From the UHGV virus genome UHGV-0351052: a stretch of 64,000 bases of DNA; one strand, given 5' to 3'. Made by a program: the position numbers and the translations under genes. This DNA is from a virus. How positions within the stretch are numbered: position 1 is the stretch's first letter; each line of letters begins with the position of its first letter. The notes below the pieces were generated by a model. The model had not been told where the DNA came from, did no database searches, and saw nothing but the letters and a program-made list of their open reading frames with translations. Positions 39,792-49,438 of the stretch are shown here, piece after piece.

Positions 39792-40034
39792 TTATTCCTT
39801 AATTCCTAGTACTTGTTTAAAAGTCTCGTCGTAATCAAGACTTTGGCCCGTTTGTTCTTTATGTTTGTATATAATATCACTTACTTCTGATAGCATATTT
39901 TTATATGAACGAGTTAAAGCAGATTTAAGCACGCTGTATCTATCAGGAAATTTACCATGTTCATTATAATACGCTATTGCTAATTCACGGACTGCCTTTT
40001 CAGCAGCCTCCATATATTCTTTACGCTTTGTCAT
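39792..40034 (-). CDS. hypothetical protein, about 80 aa (ORF-track 39792..40193 over-extended)
   Basis: internal start [18 protein letters not shown]...; upstream part overlaps next gene. Confidence 0.4.
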   Translation of the reverse strand: MTKRKEYMEAAEKAVRELAIAYYNEHGKFPDRYSVLKSALTRSYKNMLSEVSDIIYKHKEQTGQSLDYDETFKQVLGIKE

Positions 40035-40338
40035 TTTCTTCTCGGTCAAATCGGTGTTTACAATGGCGACATTTATAACGAAGATTACTAGTCTGCCAAT
40101 GGACCAATTGCACCTGTTCAGTTCCACATTCAGGGCAATTAGGAACGTTTTTAGAAGCACGTTCGCGGCGTTCAACCATAACCATAATGGCATCCCAGGC
40201 TGGAGGTTTAAAATCTAAATCATCACAACCGTGAATCTTTCTACGCATTTCCAGATTGTCTTCTTCACCAGCCATAATAATTTTAATTAGACTAGAATTA
40301 CTTGAAGCTGCAATGTCTTCTAATAGACGCTTTTTCAT
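40021..40338 (-). CDS. zinc-ribbon protein, 105 aa
   Basis: CPECG ... CRHCKH four-Cys ribbon. Confidence 0.45.
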   Translation of the reverse strand: MKKRLLEDIAASSNSSLIKIIMAGEEDNLEMRRKIHGCDDLDFKPPAWDAIMVMVERRERASKNVPNCPECGTEQVQLVHWQTSNLRYKCRHCKHRFDREENDKA

Positions 40339-41261
40339 TTCAATACCTCAATAGCATTACGTAAACCATTTGCTTTTGCATTAAGAGCTTTTAACAATTT
40401 GGTGTGTTCTGCAATTTGGGCTTCAACTTCAATCAAACGAGCATTGAGATATTCGCGTTCTTCACTCAGATTATCAGCCTTTTCTGCTTTAGGTTCTTTT
40501 ACAACTTGCTTATATGTATTAGGGTTCTTCAGTTTAATTAGAATGCGTGAACTGTACAGCATTGAACCATTATCTTCGGTTTCGTCATACATTTCCACTA
40601 CGTCCATCATCTCCACCATCGTGCAGAGTTTATAAGACAACGAACGAATAATTTTGTTGTGCTTATTAATTTCTCTAGCTGTCATGGTGCCGAGATTACG
40701 TGAGTAATAATAAGGAACCTGGATATTAATTAATACTGATGAACCACCTGGCTTATGTGTTACTTCATCAGCAATAACCCAGTCCTTAACATGAACTGTA
40801 TTTGTACGGTCATCACCAGCGGTAAATAGTTTGCGAGCATGCTTAAAAAGCATATTCACTTGGGTATTGAATTGACAAGCAAATTTATCAGCAAATTTAG
40901 TTTCAGGAATGGTAGATAACCAATCAGCCAAATGGGTCTTTTTAACATCGTTAACAATAGTAAATTCAACCAAATCGGTTATAGATGTTGTAGATTTAAT
41001 GAAGCTTGGCTTCATAAAGTTTTTAATGTTATCGCGAGCTATAGTAGAAGATAACATACGAGAACGTTTAAACCATTCAAGCAAATTGCCTAACGAATGA
41101 GAATAAGCGTTTTGAGTATCTTTACAGATATGATTTTCCTGGCCAACATATTGAAGGAAATCACGAAGAATATTATTAATTACTGCTCTGTGTCCGATCT
41201 GATAATTGCGGGGTTTAGTAATAAGACTGTCAAAATAATCAATATAATGTTTACGAGTCAT
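40335..41261 (-). CDS. hypothetical protein, about 309 aa, globular N-domain plus C-terminal coiled coil
   Basis: true start ATG 41261 after GAGGAG ribosome-binding site (track start 41312 is TTG inside promoter). Confidence 0.45.
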   Translation of the reverse strand: MTRKHYIDYFDSLITKPRNYQIGHRAVINNILRDFLQYVGQENHICKDTQNAYSHSLGNLLEWFKRSRMLSSTIARDNIKNFMKPSFIKSTTSITDLVEFTIVNDVKKTHLADWLSTIPETKFADKFACQFNTQVNMLFKHARKLFTAGDDRTNTVHVKDWVIADEVTHKPGGSSVLINIQVPYYYSRNLGTMTAREINKHNKIIRSLSYKLCTMVEMMDVVEMYDETEDNGSMLYSSRILIKLKNPNTYKQVVKEPKAEKADNLSEEREYLNARLIEVEAQIAEHTKLLKALNAKANGLRNAIEVLK

Positions 41262-41289
41262 AATAATCTCCTCAGTAGAAAGTAAGAAC

Positions 41290-41319
41290 ATTATACCACA
41301 TCCTTGTGGCAAAGTAAAC
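41290..41319 (-). promoter_or_regulatory. T4-type early promoter (GTTTAC ... TGGTATAAT)
   Basis: minus-strand GTTTAC 41319-41314, TGG+TATAAT 41298-41290. Confidence 0.5.
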
Positions 41320-42341
41320 TAGTTCAGTGCATTTAGTGCATTGTTCAGTTTAGAACGTTGCTTTGTCAGATTTTGAACCCTTGACTGTGCTTGTTCTAAC
41401 GCCTTTTCAGCTTCTAACACTTCATTAGTTGCTTTAACGAGTTCATCATCTACTGCTTTAAGAGACTTCTCAATCGCGTCAGCGTGCCATTTTTCTACAG
41501 GTTTAAAATTTGAATTTTCAGTAGGAAGAAAACTCACTTTATTAAGTTTACATGCATCTATATTGCTTGAGCTATACATCCAAAATTTAGGATCGTTTGA
41601 TAAGTAATTGGATAAATTTAAGTTATCTTGCACTTCCTGCTTTTTCTCTTGCGGGACTTCATCCTTTCTCAAAAAATCATATTTAAATGAAACGATCATA
41701 TCAAGTTCATACGTTGTTGTATGTTCCCAATTTCGCTCAAAATGAGGTAAAATCTTAGACTGAACAGCGGCAACAACATCCATATACTTAAATGCTTCTG
41801 TCAACTGCGATTTAAGGCATTCACAAATTGAAAGAGAATTTTTTGTATTAGGTTTAAAGCTAATTCGTGCAGTTCTGTTATTTTCTTTTAATGGTCTTAC
41901 TTCCATCTGAAGAGTATAACCATCAAATTTCAGGTTCTTTAAGTTAATGTCAGAACCTTTTAATCGACTAGCCGTCGACAAAATTTGCTTTAATTGTTTA
42001 CGGAATAGAGCAATAAATCTCCATTCAATACGATAATGATTTGGATTAAAAAATCCAGATGATAAATCAACCTTACTTTGACCAACGCCTTGAACAAATA
42101 GAGGATTTTTATAATCAATAGTTTTACAGAAATCGGTGAGCTGCTCACGAGCAGTCATTTGTGTAATATACCCTGCTTTACTAAAATTACGCACCCATTC
42201 ACTGCTATTCGTATACTTAAAGTGATGAATAACACGATTAACTTTATCAGGGTCTAAATTATTTTCACACAAAAATGTCATAACATCACGAGTATAACTG
42301 GCATTACGAACCATATCTTCAATTTGAGAACGAGTTTTCAT
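41319..42341 (-). CDS. hypothetical protein, 340 aa, C-terminal coiled coil
   Basis: ORF-track ORF. Confidence 0.45.
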   Translation of the reverse strand: MKTRSQIEDMVRNASYTRDVMTFLCENNLDPDKVNRVIHHFKYTNSSEWVRNFSKAGYITQMTAREQLTDFCKTIDYKNPLFVQGVGQSKVDLSSGFFNPNHYRIEWRFIALFRKQLKQILSTASRLKGSDINLKNLKFDGYTLQMEVRPLKENNRTARISFKPNTKNSLSICECLKSQLTEAFKYMDVVAAVQSKILPHFERNWEHTTTYELDMIVSFKYDFLRKDEVPQEKKQEVQDNLNLSNYLSNDPKFWMYSSSNIDACKLNKVSFLPTENSNFKPVEKWHADAIEKSLKAVDDELVKATNEVLEAEKALEQAQSRVQNLTKQRSKLNNALNALN

Positions 42342-42349
42342 AGTGTTCC

Positions 42350-43258
42350 TTAAGATTTAAGTAAATCAACAATTTTAATTAATTTTTCACGCTCAGATTT
42401 AGCTTTACTACTCAGTCCAGATAGTCTGAAAATTTCATCATCATATTGTTGAATAGAAATATTCAGCTCTTCAATCTGCTTATTAAAATAATCAATTTGT
42501 TCAGAATGTTTTTCGTTACTACGAACTGGTACAGGGTTTGTAGGCAATTTAGTTGAACTGGATTCATCCGGGCGATAAATTAAAATACAACTTGAACCAA
42601 TCGGGCATTTAGCACCAGATGAATATTCTAATGTTCCAGCTTCTTTTAAAACTTCAAAAGCTAAACAGAGGTGATGCCCCATATTAACATAATCTGTAGA
42701 GCGAGCTCTGATATAATAATCATCGCCCCTAGTACTAAATTTAAAGCATTTAAGGTCTTCTGTATTATTAGTTTTAAAAATCATTTGTTTATCTAGACCT
42801 TTAGCTAATCGAGCGCCTAATGCTAATAATCGTCGTTGATTTTCCCACAAATCTGCGATCATTTGGTCAAATGATAATTTCGGCATTAGTCGGCCATAAA
42901 GGTCATATCCTTTATTATAATTGCGAAGGATTTCACTCGCATTAATACGAGACAATGCTCCAATTTTATTAAGGGCTTTCATAATGCGATTAGATAAATC
43001 CATTCCAGACTCGTGTGTTCGCTGCAAATGTTTTTCTAATCCAAATCCAATATCAACTTTAAATTTATCTAAAATTTCAGCATGAACATCTTTGTCAATA
43101 ACATTCAAATTCAGAGTTAGATTAAATCTATGAAAAAATTTATCTGGCTCTCCACGACGAAGTACAGTCCATTCATTCAATTTTTTATTAACTAAAGATT
43201 TAATTACTGTATTGACATTATTAATTGCTACTGACATATTTTCCTCACTCAATTTCAA
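42350..43258 (-). CDS. hypothetical protein, 302 aa, C-terminal coiled coil
   Basis: ORF-track ORF. Confidence 0.45.
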   Translation of the reverse strand: MKLSEENMSVAINNVNTVIKSLVNKKLNEWTVLRRGEPDKFFHRFNLTLNLNVIDKDVHAEILDKFKVDIGFGLEKHLQRTHESGMDLSNRIMKALNKIGALSRINASEILRNYNKGYDLYGRLMPKLSFDQMIADLWENQRRLLALGARLAKGLDKQMIFKTNNTEDLKCFKFSTRGDDYYIRARSTDYVNMGHHLCLAFEVLKEAGTLEYSSGAKCPIGSSCILIYRPDESSSTKLPTNPVPVRSNEKHSEQIDYFNKQIEELNISIQQYDDEIFRLSGLSSKAKSEREKLIKIVDLLKS

Positions 43259-43652
43259 TTTTACTAAATATACAGAATAAGATGGAACAGACTATATAAG
43301 CACCACACACAGATTGAACTAATACCATTCCAAAGAACCAAACAATATTATCAAACAATGTCTGTTTTACGTCGAAAGGACGTAAACTTACAGTAATATT
43401 ATCACCTTTTTCTATTGAAGAATACATCTCTGGTGAAATATATTCACTAAATCTATAACCGTCTTTGAGTTCATATACGGCAATAAACGATAAACTAGAC
43501 CCCTTTCCTTGAGTTCCTGTAAGGGTATTAACTACAGTAACATCATAATCTTTATAATGCATATAATCATTAATTGCGTAATAACCATATGCAACTACTA
43601 CACATAAACAACATATCAATAAATTCAATCTTTTAATTATCAGCTGTTTCAT
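43245..43652 (-). CDS. membrane protein, 135 aa (two TM helices)
   Basis: hydrophobic N- and C-terminal segments. Confidence 0.4.
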   Translation of the reverse strand: MKQLIIKRLNLLICCLCVVVAYGYYAINDYMHYKDYDVTVVNTLTGTQGKGSSLSFIAVYELKDGYRFSEYISPEMYSSIEKGDNITVSLRPFDVKQTLFDNIVWFFGMVLVQSVCGAYIVCSILFCIFSKIEIE

Positions 43653-43707
43653 AATAATCTCAATTAAAAGGGCTTAGAACCATTATACCATCCTTGGTAT
43701 AAAGCAG

Positions 43708-44235
43708 TTATGCGAGTACCGTCTTTAACCGTTCTTCAAACTTCCGAAGAGTATTTTGGCGTTCAGCTCTTTGCTTTTTGTAAGTTTCAATACGCTCTGA
43801 AATGAGAGTGTATCGTTCATTTACTGATTCTTTCATAAAATCAGGAATTTCACGAGAAGCTTTAATCTCGTCAAATTTATCAATAACAGCTTGCTCTTCA
43901 GCAATTAAGTTATCATACATCAAAATATCTTTCTTGATGAACTCAATATCTTCTTGAGTTACACGAGATAATTTAGATGCTTTATCCTTTTTGTACTGTT
44001 CGTTAGTATCACGAGACCAGTGTAATGTACGATTTTTATTCGTATTCTTGTAAATTTCTACAATACCAATCTCATCAATAATAACGATCCAATTCCAACG
44101 GGATTTGTAAATTTGTCCTCCATCAACCGTGATTTCACCTCCGATTGAGATGTCATTAAAGAACTTGCTTTGTGCTTCTGATTTAAATTTACCATCGTTG
44201 TAATTTACCAGGTTGAAAATATCTTTAGCGTTCAT
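43708..44235 (-). CDS. hypothetical protein, 175 aa
   Basis: ORF-track ORF; promoter 44264-44293 upstream. Confidence 0.45.
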   Translation of the reverse strand: MNAKDIFNLVNYNDGKFKSEAQSKFFNDISIGGEITVDGGQIYKSRWNWIVIIDEIGIVEIYKNTNKNRTLHWSRDTNEQYKKDKASKLSRVTQEDIEFIKKDILMYDNLIAEEQAVIDKFDEIKASREIPDFMKESVNERYTLISERIETYKKQRAERQNTLRKFEERLKTVLA

Positions 44236-44263
44236 TTTGTGTTCCTCCGTAGTTGATAGTTGT

Positions 44264-44293
44264 ATAGTACCACAGAGGAACGATCTTGTAAAC
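44264..44293 (-). promoter_or_regulatory. T4-type early promoter cassette
   Basis: minus-strand GTTTAC 44293-44288, TGG+TACTAT 44272-44264; conserved leader ACAACTATCAACTAC. Confidence 0.5.
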
Positions 44294-44295
44294 CA

Positions 44296-44610
44296 CTAAA
44301 AGAAACTTCTTTCACAATTTTTTCCACTGAACCAAGCGCTCACTGCTTTCTTAGTCTCAGGAGCAGTGTTATCCATAAACCATTCAAAGGCAGCCTTTTT
44401 ATGATTCTGGAGGGCTTCTCGGGCTTTAATCTGCTCACGGTCTATTAACACTAACATATGAGCCTTTCTTGTCACCAGGGGCTTCTTATGATTTTTTGAA
44501 TACTCCCAATCATTTGTCCATCGCATCGTTGTTGCGAATTGAAATACTGCTTCTTTAATTTTAGTTTCGTAAATTTCACGAGCCTTTGAGTATAACATCA
44601 TTACCTCCAT
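44296..44610 (-). CDS. hypothetical protein, 104 aa
   Basis: ORF-track ORF. Confidence 0.4.
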   Translation of the reverse strand: MEVMMLYSKAREIYETKIKEAVFQFATTMRWTNDWEYSKNHKKPLVTRKAHMLVLIDREQIKAREALQNHKKAAFEWFMDNTAPETKKAVSAWFSGKNCERSFF

Positions 44611-44700
44611 TTACCAGTTTAATTCTAGTCATCTTTTTAATGGCAGTCCATATAATCTATTTCTGAACTGCCTTTTTGTCTTAGAAGTCCTCTTATGAAT

Positions 44701-45681
44701 TTATTTCAGAAGAGTAACCTCAGCGATTTCTTCCCAACCGTTTTTGTCGGTCATAATGAAGTCAGCAAGATAAAGAGCAGTACGCAGTGAAACATTACGT
44801 AAACGGTTAACATTGACTTTCATCCATGATAATGCTTTATAAGTTTCTTCATCAGAAAGACCACGCTTTTGCATCATGTCGGTTGAAAGAATAACATCTT
44901 CAACCCTGACCATAATTTCTTCATTAGTGTGAACACCCAAATCCAAATAAACTGAGCGGGACACTAATGCTTGTAAATGTGGAGCAAGTTTAGTACCACG
45001 GTCTAATTCGCGGTCAATATCAACGTTTGTGATAAAAACAATCGTTCCTTTAAATTCAAACTCACGCTCAATGCCTTTTTCTTCTAAGTAAGAAGATGCG
45101 GTGCTCCAGCAGACTTTACGGGTCTCTCCGGTGTCCAGAGCAGCTTTCAGAAGATTAAGAATGTCCATATCAGAGAAAACATCCACATCATCAATCAAAA
45201 GGACAGAATTCTCTTCACGATTATTCCAGAGCTGTTCATAAAGACCGATACCAGAGATTTTACCGTTAATGCTTTTATATTCAATGTATCCATTATCATT
45301 TGCTTTATTTAAAGCTTTATCTAAAGAATACGTTTTACCAATACCCGCCGCACCAGAGATAATTAATGAACGAATGTTTCCGTTAATAATACCATTCGTC
45401 ATCATTCCCATAACATTAAATCTTTTATTAATGCGGGTTTTCATATCTTCATATGATTCTTTAACTTCTTCAACTTTTACACCATCATATGAAATGTCTG
45501 ATTTGTAAACCCAAACACCGCGACGCTTACCGTCAATTTCAACAAAAACTTTACCATCTCCTTGCGCATCTACCGGAGCATTATCTGGGAACCATTCGCC
45601 TAAGAGCTCAAAAGTTCCAGAGATTTCTTTACCGAAGTAGATACCCTTATTGATAGTTACAGTTTTCATTTTATTCTCCAA
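44701..45681 (-). CDS. P-loop ATPase (AAA-like), 326 aa
   Basis: Walker A GAAGIGKT, Walker B LLIDDVD, sensor-like ITNV; extra N-terminal domain of about 110 aa. Confidence 0.55.
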   Translation of the reverse strand: MENKMKTVTINKGIYFGKEISGTFELLGEWFPDNAPVDAQGDGKVFVEIDGKRRGVWVYKSDISYDGVKVEEVKESYEDMKTRINKRFNVMGMMTNGIINGNIRSLIISGAAGIGKTYSLDKALNKANDNGYIEYKSINGKISGIGLYEQLWNNREENSVLLIDDVDVFSDMDILNLLKAALDTGETRKVCWSTASSYLEEKGIEREFEFKGTIVFITNVDIDRELDRGTKLAPHLQALVSRSVYLDLGVHTNEEIMVRVEDVILSTDMMQKRGLSDEETYKALSWMKVNVNRLRNVSLRTALYLADFIMTDKNGWEEIAEVTLLK

Positions 45682-45705
45682 TTTTACATTTGTTTTGATA
45701 GGGTA

Positions 45706-45735
45706 ATAGTATCACACTACTACCCTACTGTAAAC
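45706..45735 (-). promoter_or_regulatory. T4-type early promoter
   Basis: minus-strand GTTTAC 45735-45730, TGA+TACTAT 45714-45706. Confidence 0.4.
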
Positions 45736-45738
45736 AAT

Positions 45739-46002
45739 TTATTTTAACGTTCGCCAAATTTTTACTGCTTCACGGCGAGATACTTCTACAGCTCCAAGTT
45801 CTACAGCTTTTTGGCGTCGGCGAGCGTGTAAGTCATAATGTTTAATGCGTTTATCTTGAAACCAAGAACGTTTCATTCCTATTGCTTCTGCCATTTCATG
45901 AAGCTCTTCAATATCTCCATCAGTGAACATATGACAATTTTTAGTTGGATGACCGCGAAGTTTCCATCCATGATTCATTAAAACATCTACGTAAACTGTC
46001 AT
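45739..46002 (-). CDS. hypothetical protein, 87 aa, resembling a prophage-associated domain of unknown function
   Basis: MTVYVD...HMFTD...ELHEMAEAIGMKRSWFQ...HYDL...AVELGAVEV pattern. Confidence 0.4.
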   Translation of the reverse strand: MTVYVDVLMNHGWKLRGHPTKNCHMFTDGDIEELHEMAEAIGMKRSWFQDKRIKHYDLHARRRQKAVELGAVEVSRREAVKIWRTLK

Positions 46003-46148
46003 TGATTCTTCTCCAAATAAGTTTCGATAATTTTCTGAGCGAGATAAACTGCATTATCTTCAGTTGCATCTTCTAAGAAACTTTCAAAACACTCTGAAAT
46101 TTCTTCTGTGTCAATCAACTTTTTTACTTCAATTGGTGTAATTTTCAT
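45999..46148 (-). CDS. small acidic protein, about 49 aa
   Basis: internal ATG MKITPIEVKK...; ORF-track start 46217 lies inside promoter. Confidence 0.3.
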   Translation of the reverse strand: MKITPIEVKKLIDTEEISECFESFLEDATEDNAVYLAQKIIETYLEKNQ

Positions 46149-46185
46149 TTTGTTTTTCCGTTTAAGTGTTTGTTTTGATAGTTGT

Positions 46186-46215
46186 ATAGTACCATAAAGC
46201 TTTATGCTTGTAAAC
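46186..46215 (-). promoter_or_regulatory. T4-type early promoter cassette
   Basis: minus-strand GTTTAC 46215-46210, TGG+TACTAT 46194-46186. Confidence 0.5.
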
Positions 46216-46240
46216 AACTTTGTGAAAAATTTTTGAAATA

Positions 46241-46263
46241 AAAAAGGGAGCCCGAAGGCTCCC
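46241..46263 (-). terminator. intrinsic terminator
   Basis: minus-strand RNA GGGAGCC-UUCG-GGCUCCC followed by UUUUU(U); just past stop of 46266..47279. Confidence 0.6.
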
Positions 46264-46265
46264 TA

Positions 46266-47279
46266 TCATTTATAATAACTTCGGTGGTTTTCAAGATAGA
46301 CCTTCTCAAGGAAGTCATCCCAGAAACTCATGTCTACTGTTTTAGGCATACCGTTCTTAGAAGCTTCAGTAGATGCTGCTTCTACTTGATCGACCACATC
46401 TTCCAAAAACTCTTGAACTGTTTTAAATGGATGTTTACCCAACTTCACGTCGAGAATAAATGGAGCGTCTTGAAGTGGATAAACCAAGTCACCAGTTTTG
46501 TAAATTTCCAATAGTTGGAGTCCACCGCGACAAGCATGGCTCAGAGCTTTCCAGTCAATGCCTTCGTTGGCTTCGGCCTTACGAGCACGTTCACCATATT
46601 CAGCATCTAATTTGTTCAGTGACTGCTTAAGCTCAATAAGAGAAAGCGTTGTCTGATATTTACGACCCAACACAGTGTAGAACATTTGTGGGCCTGTTTT
46701 CTCATGATTATGGAACACCCATTCACAGAATTCGTTTTCTGGAAGACGATGCTTAATATCTTCAACTTTAGTACGACGCTGCTTAATGGAACCGTCTTCT
46801 TGGTAATCAACCCATTGCTCAGGGATTTGATTAACTACTTTCAATACATCGCGTAATGCAGCCAAACGAGAACCCTTGACACCGTATTTAGAAGCTTGCT
46901 TGCGGACATATCCTAAATAGGATTTCATGTTAGTCGTATAAAAACGAGAACGGTTGTCTTGAATAAACTTCCACACATCAGGCAAATCGGATTTAACCAC
47001 TAGTTCAGGTGGAGTGTGAAGCATATCCAACGCTACAGTTTCACCATCTGCTGCTAATTTAAAGAAATATTTAAGACTGTATAGTTCATGGTCAATATCA
47101 TCTTTAGTGTTTTTAGATGATGTGTTGTTGGTATTTTTACTCATATGCTCTTTAACATTTCCGATAAGAATATCACGAGCAGGAGGAACAAAGATTTCTT
47201 TAAAATCTACATCAGATTCTGGGGTAGAAGTTCCATAAAGATGACTACCAAAATAGCTTTTCATTACTGTTTTCATCAT
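46266..47279 (-). CDS. nucleotidyltransferase-fold protein (Pol-beta-type NTase), 337 aa
   Basis: N-terminal hG[GS]x10DxD signature YFGSHLYGTSTPESDVDF; downstream acidic ALDMLH. Confidence 0.5.
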   Translation of the reverse strand: MMKTVMKSYFGSHLYGTSTPESDVDFKEIFVPPARDILIGNVKEHMSKNTNNTSSKNTKDDIDHELYSLKYFFKLAADGETVALDMLHTPPELVVKSDLPDVWKFIQDNRSRFYTTNMKSYLGYVRKQASKYGVKGSRLAALRDVLKVVNQIPEQWVDYQEDGSIKQRRTKVEDIKHRLPENEFCEWVFHNHEKTGPQMFYTVLGRKYQTTLSLIELKQSLNKLDAEYGERARKAEANEGIDWKALSHACRGGLQLLEIYKTGDLVYPLQDAPFILDVKLGKHPFKTVQEFLEDVVDQVEAASTEASKNGMPKTVDMSFWDDFLEKVYLENHRSYYK

Positions 47280-47761
47280 TTAGCCTTATATTCAATAACA
47301 GGACATACTTTAGCTTTACGAGCTTTTAAAAATTCGACGATAATAGATTTCTTGGGTTGAATAGGCTCAAGTCCATTTTTGATTCGTTCTTCGTTTTGTA
47401 CAATGAACTCAATTTCTTTATTGAGCTTTCGGTCGTTATATTTGTCTAACAACCAGGAAGGACCAATTACCGCCCCGACAGCAATAAGAACCATAACCGA
47501 TAATGCTAAAATGCCTATACCAATTGAAGCCGGAACTAATGTCCATAGACTACTAAAGACAAAGAATTTAATTAAAATTTCTTGGCCAATTATTGCGGCA
47601 CCTGCTAAAGTTGCAAATCCAACAATTGAAACAGCTAATACCGGGAGAAACGTTTTCCAAAAATAAGCACATAACGTTTTTGGACGATTCCATGTGCTAT
47701 TAAATGCCGAGTAAATTTTATAGTGCCAAGAGTTTTCATTAATAATCATAATTATAATCAT
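47276..47761 (-). CDS. membrane protein, 161 aa
   Basis: two long hydrophobic helices. Confidence 0.45.
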   Translation of the reverse strand: MIIIMIINENSWHYKIYSAFNSTWNRPKTLCAYFWKTFLPVLAVSIVGFATLAGAAIIGQEILIKFFVFSSLWTLVPASIGIGILALSVMVLIAVGAVIGPSWLLDKYNDRKLNKEIEFIVQNEERIKNGLEPIQPKKSIIVEFLKARKAKVCPVIEYKAK

Positions 47762-48279
47762 CCTTTCATTGAAGGTGTAACAGTTGTTAAATACTTAATC
47801 ATAGCTTCAGCTTCTGATTTTGATAATGAAATTTCTTCATTGTTTTGACGAATAGAAATAAAATCCGGATGACGGTCACCACCGGCTTTTAAAACACACA
47901 TATAAGTATCAGTTTCATCTTCAATATTTGAAATGATTGAAGCAGTTCCACACGAATGTGGTTTTTGATAAATCAATACAGCTTTTCTTCCACCGTTTGA
48001 CTGTTCATAAACTTTTAATACATCAAACAAATCACTTCTTTTATCAATAGCTAAAATGTTATTTTCATCTTCAATGTTAAATCCTTCGGATACTTCATAA
48101 AGTGTCACCCATAAATCACCTATATCGATAGTAGCATTTTCCTTTCCATGACTTTCAAGAGCATGACAAATTTTCTTAATTTCGTCATAACTCATTTTAA
48201 TAATATCATCTCCTTGAATAAGGAAGATGTCATTTTTAAATTCAACACGAATTAAACCGCTTCCACTTGAAATAAACAT
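47758..48279 (-). CDS. hypothetical protein, 173 aa
   Basis: ORF-track ORF; C-terminus resembles next ORF. Confidence 0.45.
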   Translation of the reverse strand: MFISSGSGLIRVEFKNDIFLIQGDDIIKMSYDEIKKICHALESHGKENATIDIGDLWVTLYEVSEGFNIEDENNILAIDKRSDLFDVLKVYEQSNGGRKAVLIYQKPHSCGTASIISNIEDETDTYMCVLKAGGDRHPDFISIRQNNEEISLSKSEAEAMIKYLTTVTPSMKG

Positions 48280-48285
48280 ATTTCC

Positions 48286-48840
48286 TCACTTTGAAATCAT
48301 AGTTGGAATGACAGAATCAAGATAAGTCTTTAACGCAATAGCTTCGTCTTTGGTAAATGTGACAATATGCGCTCGAAAATCATCAATTTGACGAATAGTT
48401 AAGACATCTCCATCTTCATAGCATTTTGACACATTTAAAATAGTTTCATCATTCTGATTACAGGAGTTAGTAATAATAGCATTGCAATTTTTAAGCCATT
48501 TTAAACTATGTTTTCTTTCATTAGAATAATAAAAATATTTAATCTTAGCTATAAAACTATCCCAATGGATAACTGATAAACACATTGACTCACTTTTAAT
48601 ATTAAATCCTGGGCATGAAGAATAAAAATGAATTTTGTGCTCATCATTGATGCTTACTATTTTATCAGTATAAGGATATTCAATTTGGGTTAAATGAATG
48701 ATTTCACTAGGCGTAAAATACAGCATATCGTCTTCTTGCGTCAAACGATACATATTATTTACTTTTTCTATAGCCAATTCACCAAAAAGTGGACTAACTT
48801 CTAATACTAATCGTTTCATATTAATCCTTTTTATTGGCAC
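48286..48840 (-). CDS. hypothetical protein, 184 aa
   Basis: ORF-track ORF; possible paralogue of previous (...AIALKTYLDSVIPTM versus ...AMIKYLTTVTPSM). Confidence 0.45.
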   Translation of the reverse strand: MPIKRINMKRLVLEVSPLFGELAIEKVNNMYRLTQEDDMLYFTPSEIIHLTQIEYPYTDKIVSINDEHKIHFYSSCPGFNIKSESMCLSVIHWDSFIAKIKYFYYSNERKHSLKWLKNCNAIITNSCNQNDETILNVSKCYEDGDVLTIRQIDDFRAHIVTFTKDEAIALKTYLDSVIPTMISK

Positions 48841-49099
48841 GAATTTGTTCTAAAATTTTAGAGTATTCCTTTGTATCAGATTTACGTACAATCGATACAC
48901 TATAAGGCATACTATCGGTGTCTTTTATAAAGCGTTCCAAATGACACTCTAACAAAATTTCTGGATTATAAATCGTGTACATCAAATTACCTGTTGCTCC
49001 ACGATATTGACAGATTTCTACTGATTGAGCATCATTCCACAATTTTGTTAAAACTAAATCACCTACTTCTAATTTAGGAAAGCCCATGTTATTCACCAA
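48821..49099 (-). CDS. hypothetical protein, 92 aa
   Basis: ORF-track ORF. Confidence 0.4.
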   Translation of the reverse strand: MVNNMGFPKLEVGDLVLTKLWNDAQSVEICQYRGATGNLMYTIYNPEILLECHLERFIKDTDSMPYSVSIVRKSDTKEYSKILEQIRANKKD

Positions 49100-49274
49100 T
49101 TAAAGTTTCAATATAAGAATCAAGATTTACTTTAGCTTCTTCCATAAGAGTTTTGTATTTAATCTTGTTAGCATGTCCGGAGAAAGCTGATTCATCAATA
49201 ACTGTTGCTGTATGAACAGCTTTACTATACGTCTCAATTAATTCTCTTAATTTAAAAGCCTGCTCACTTGTCAT
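49089..49274 (-). CDS. small helical protein, 61 aa (family member A)
   Basis: N-terminal SEQxxKLxELI and C-terminal DSYIETL; see paralogue finding. Confidence 0.4.
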   Translation of the reverse strand: MTSEQAFKLRELIETYSKAVHTATVIDESAFSGHANKIKYKTLMEEAKVNLDSYIETLIGE

Positions 49275-49378
49275 TACATACTCCTCTGAATCATATCAAT
49301 AATGTTGTTCACCAGATTATAAGTAAACATTGGGTAATTATATTGAATCATCACATACACAACAAACAAAACTTTCAT
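49274..49378 (-). CDS. small hydrophobic peptide, 34 aa
   Basis: AAGGAGA ribosome-binding site before ATG 49378; MKVLFVVYVMIQYNYPMF... Confidence 0.3.
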   Translation of the reverse strand: MKVLFVVYVMIQYNYPMFTYNLVNNIIDMIQRSM

Positions 49379-49406
49379 TCTCTTCTCCTTGGCAGTTGAC
49401 AAGATT

Positions 49407-49436
49407 ACTATACCATAACCTTGCCAACTTGTAAAC
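49407..49436 (-). promoter_or_regulatory. T4-type early promoter
   Basis: minus-strand GTTTAC 49436-49431, TGG+TATAGT 49415-49407. Confidence 0.45.
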
Positions 49437-49438
49437 CG

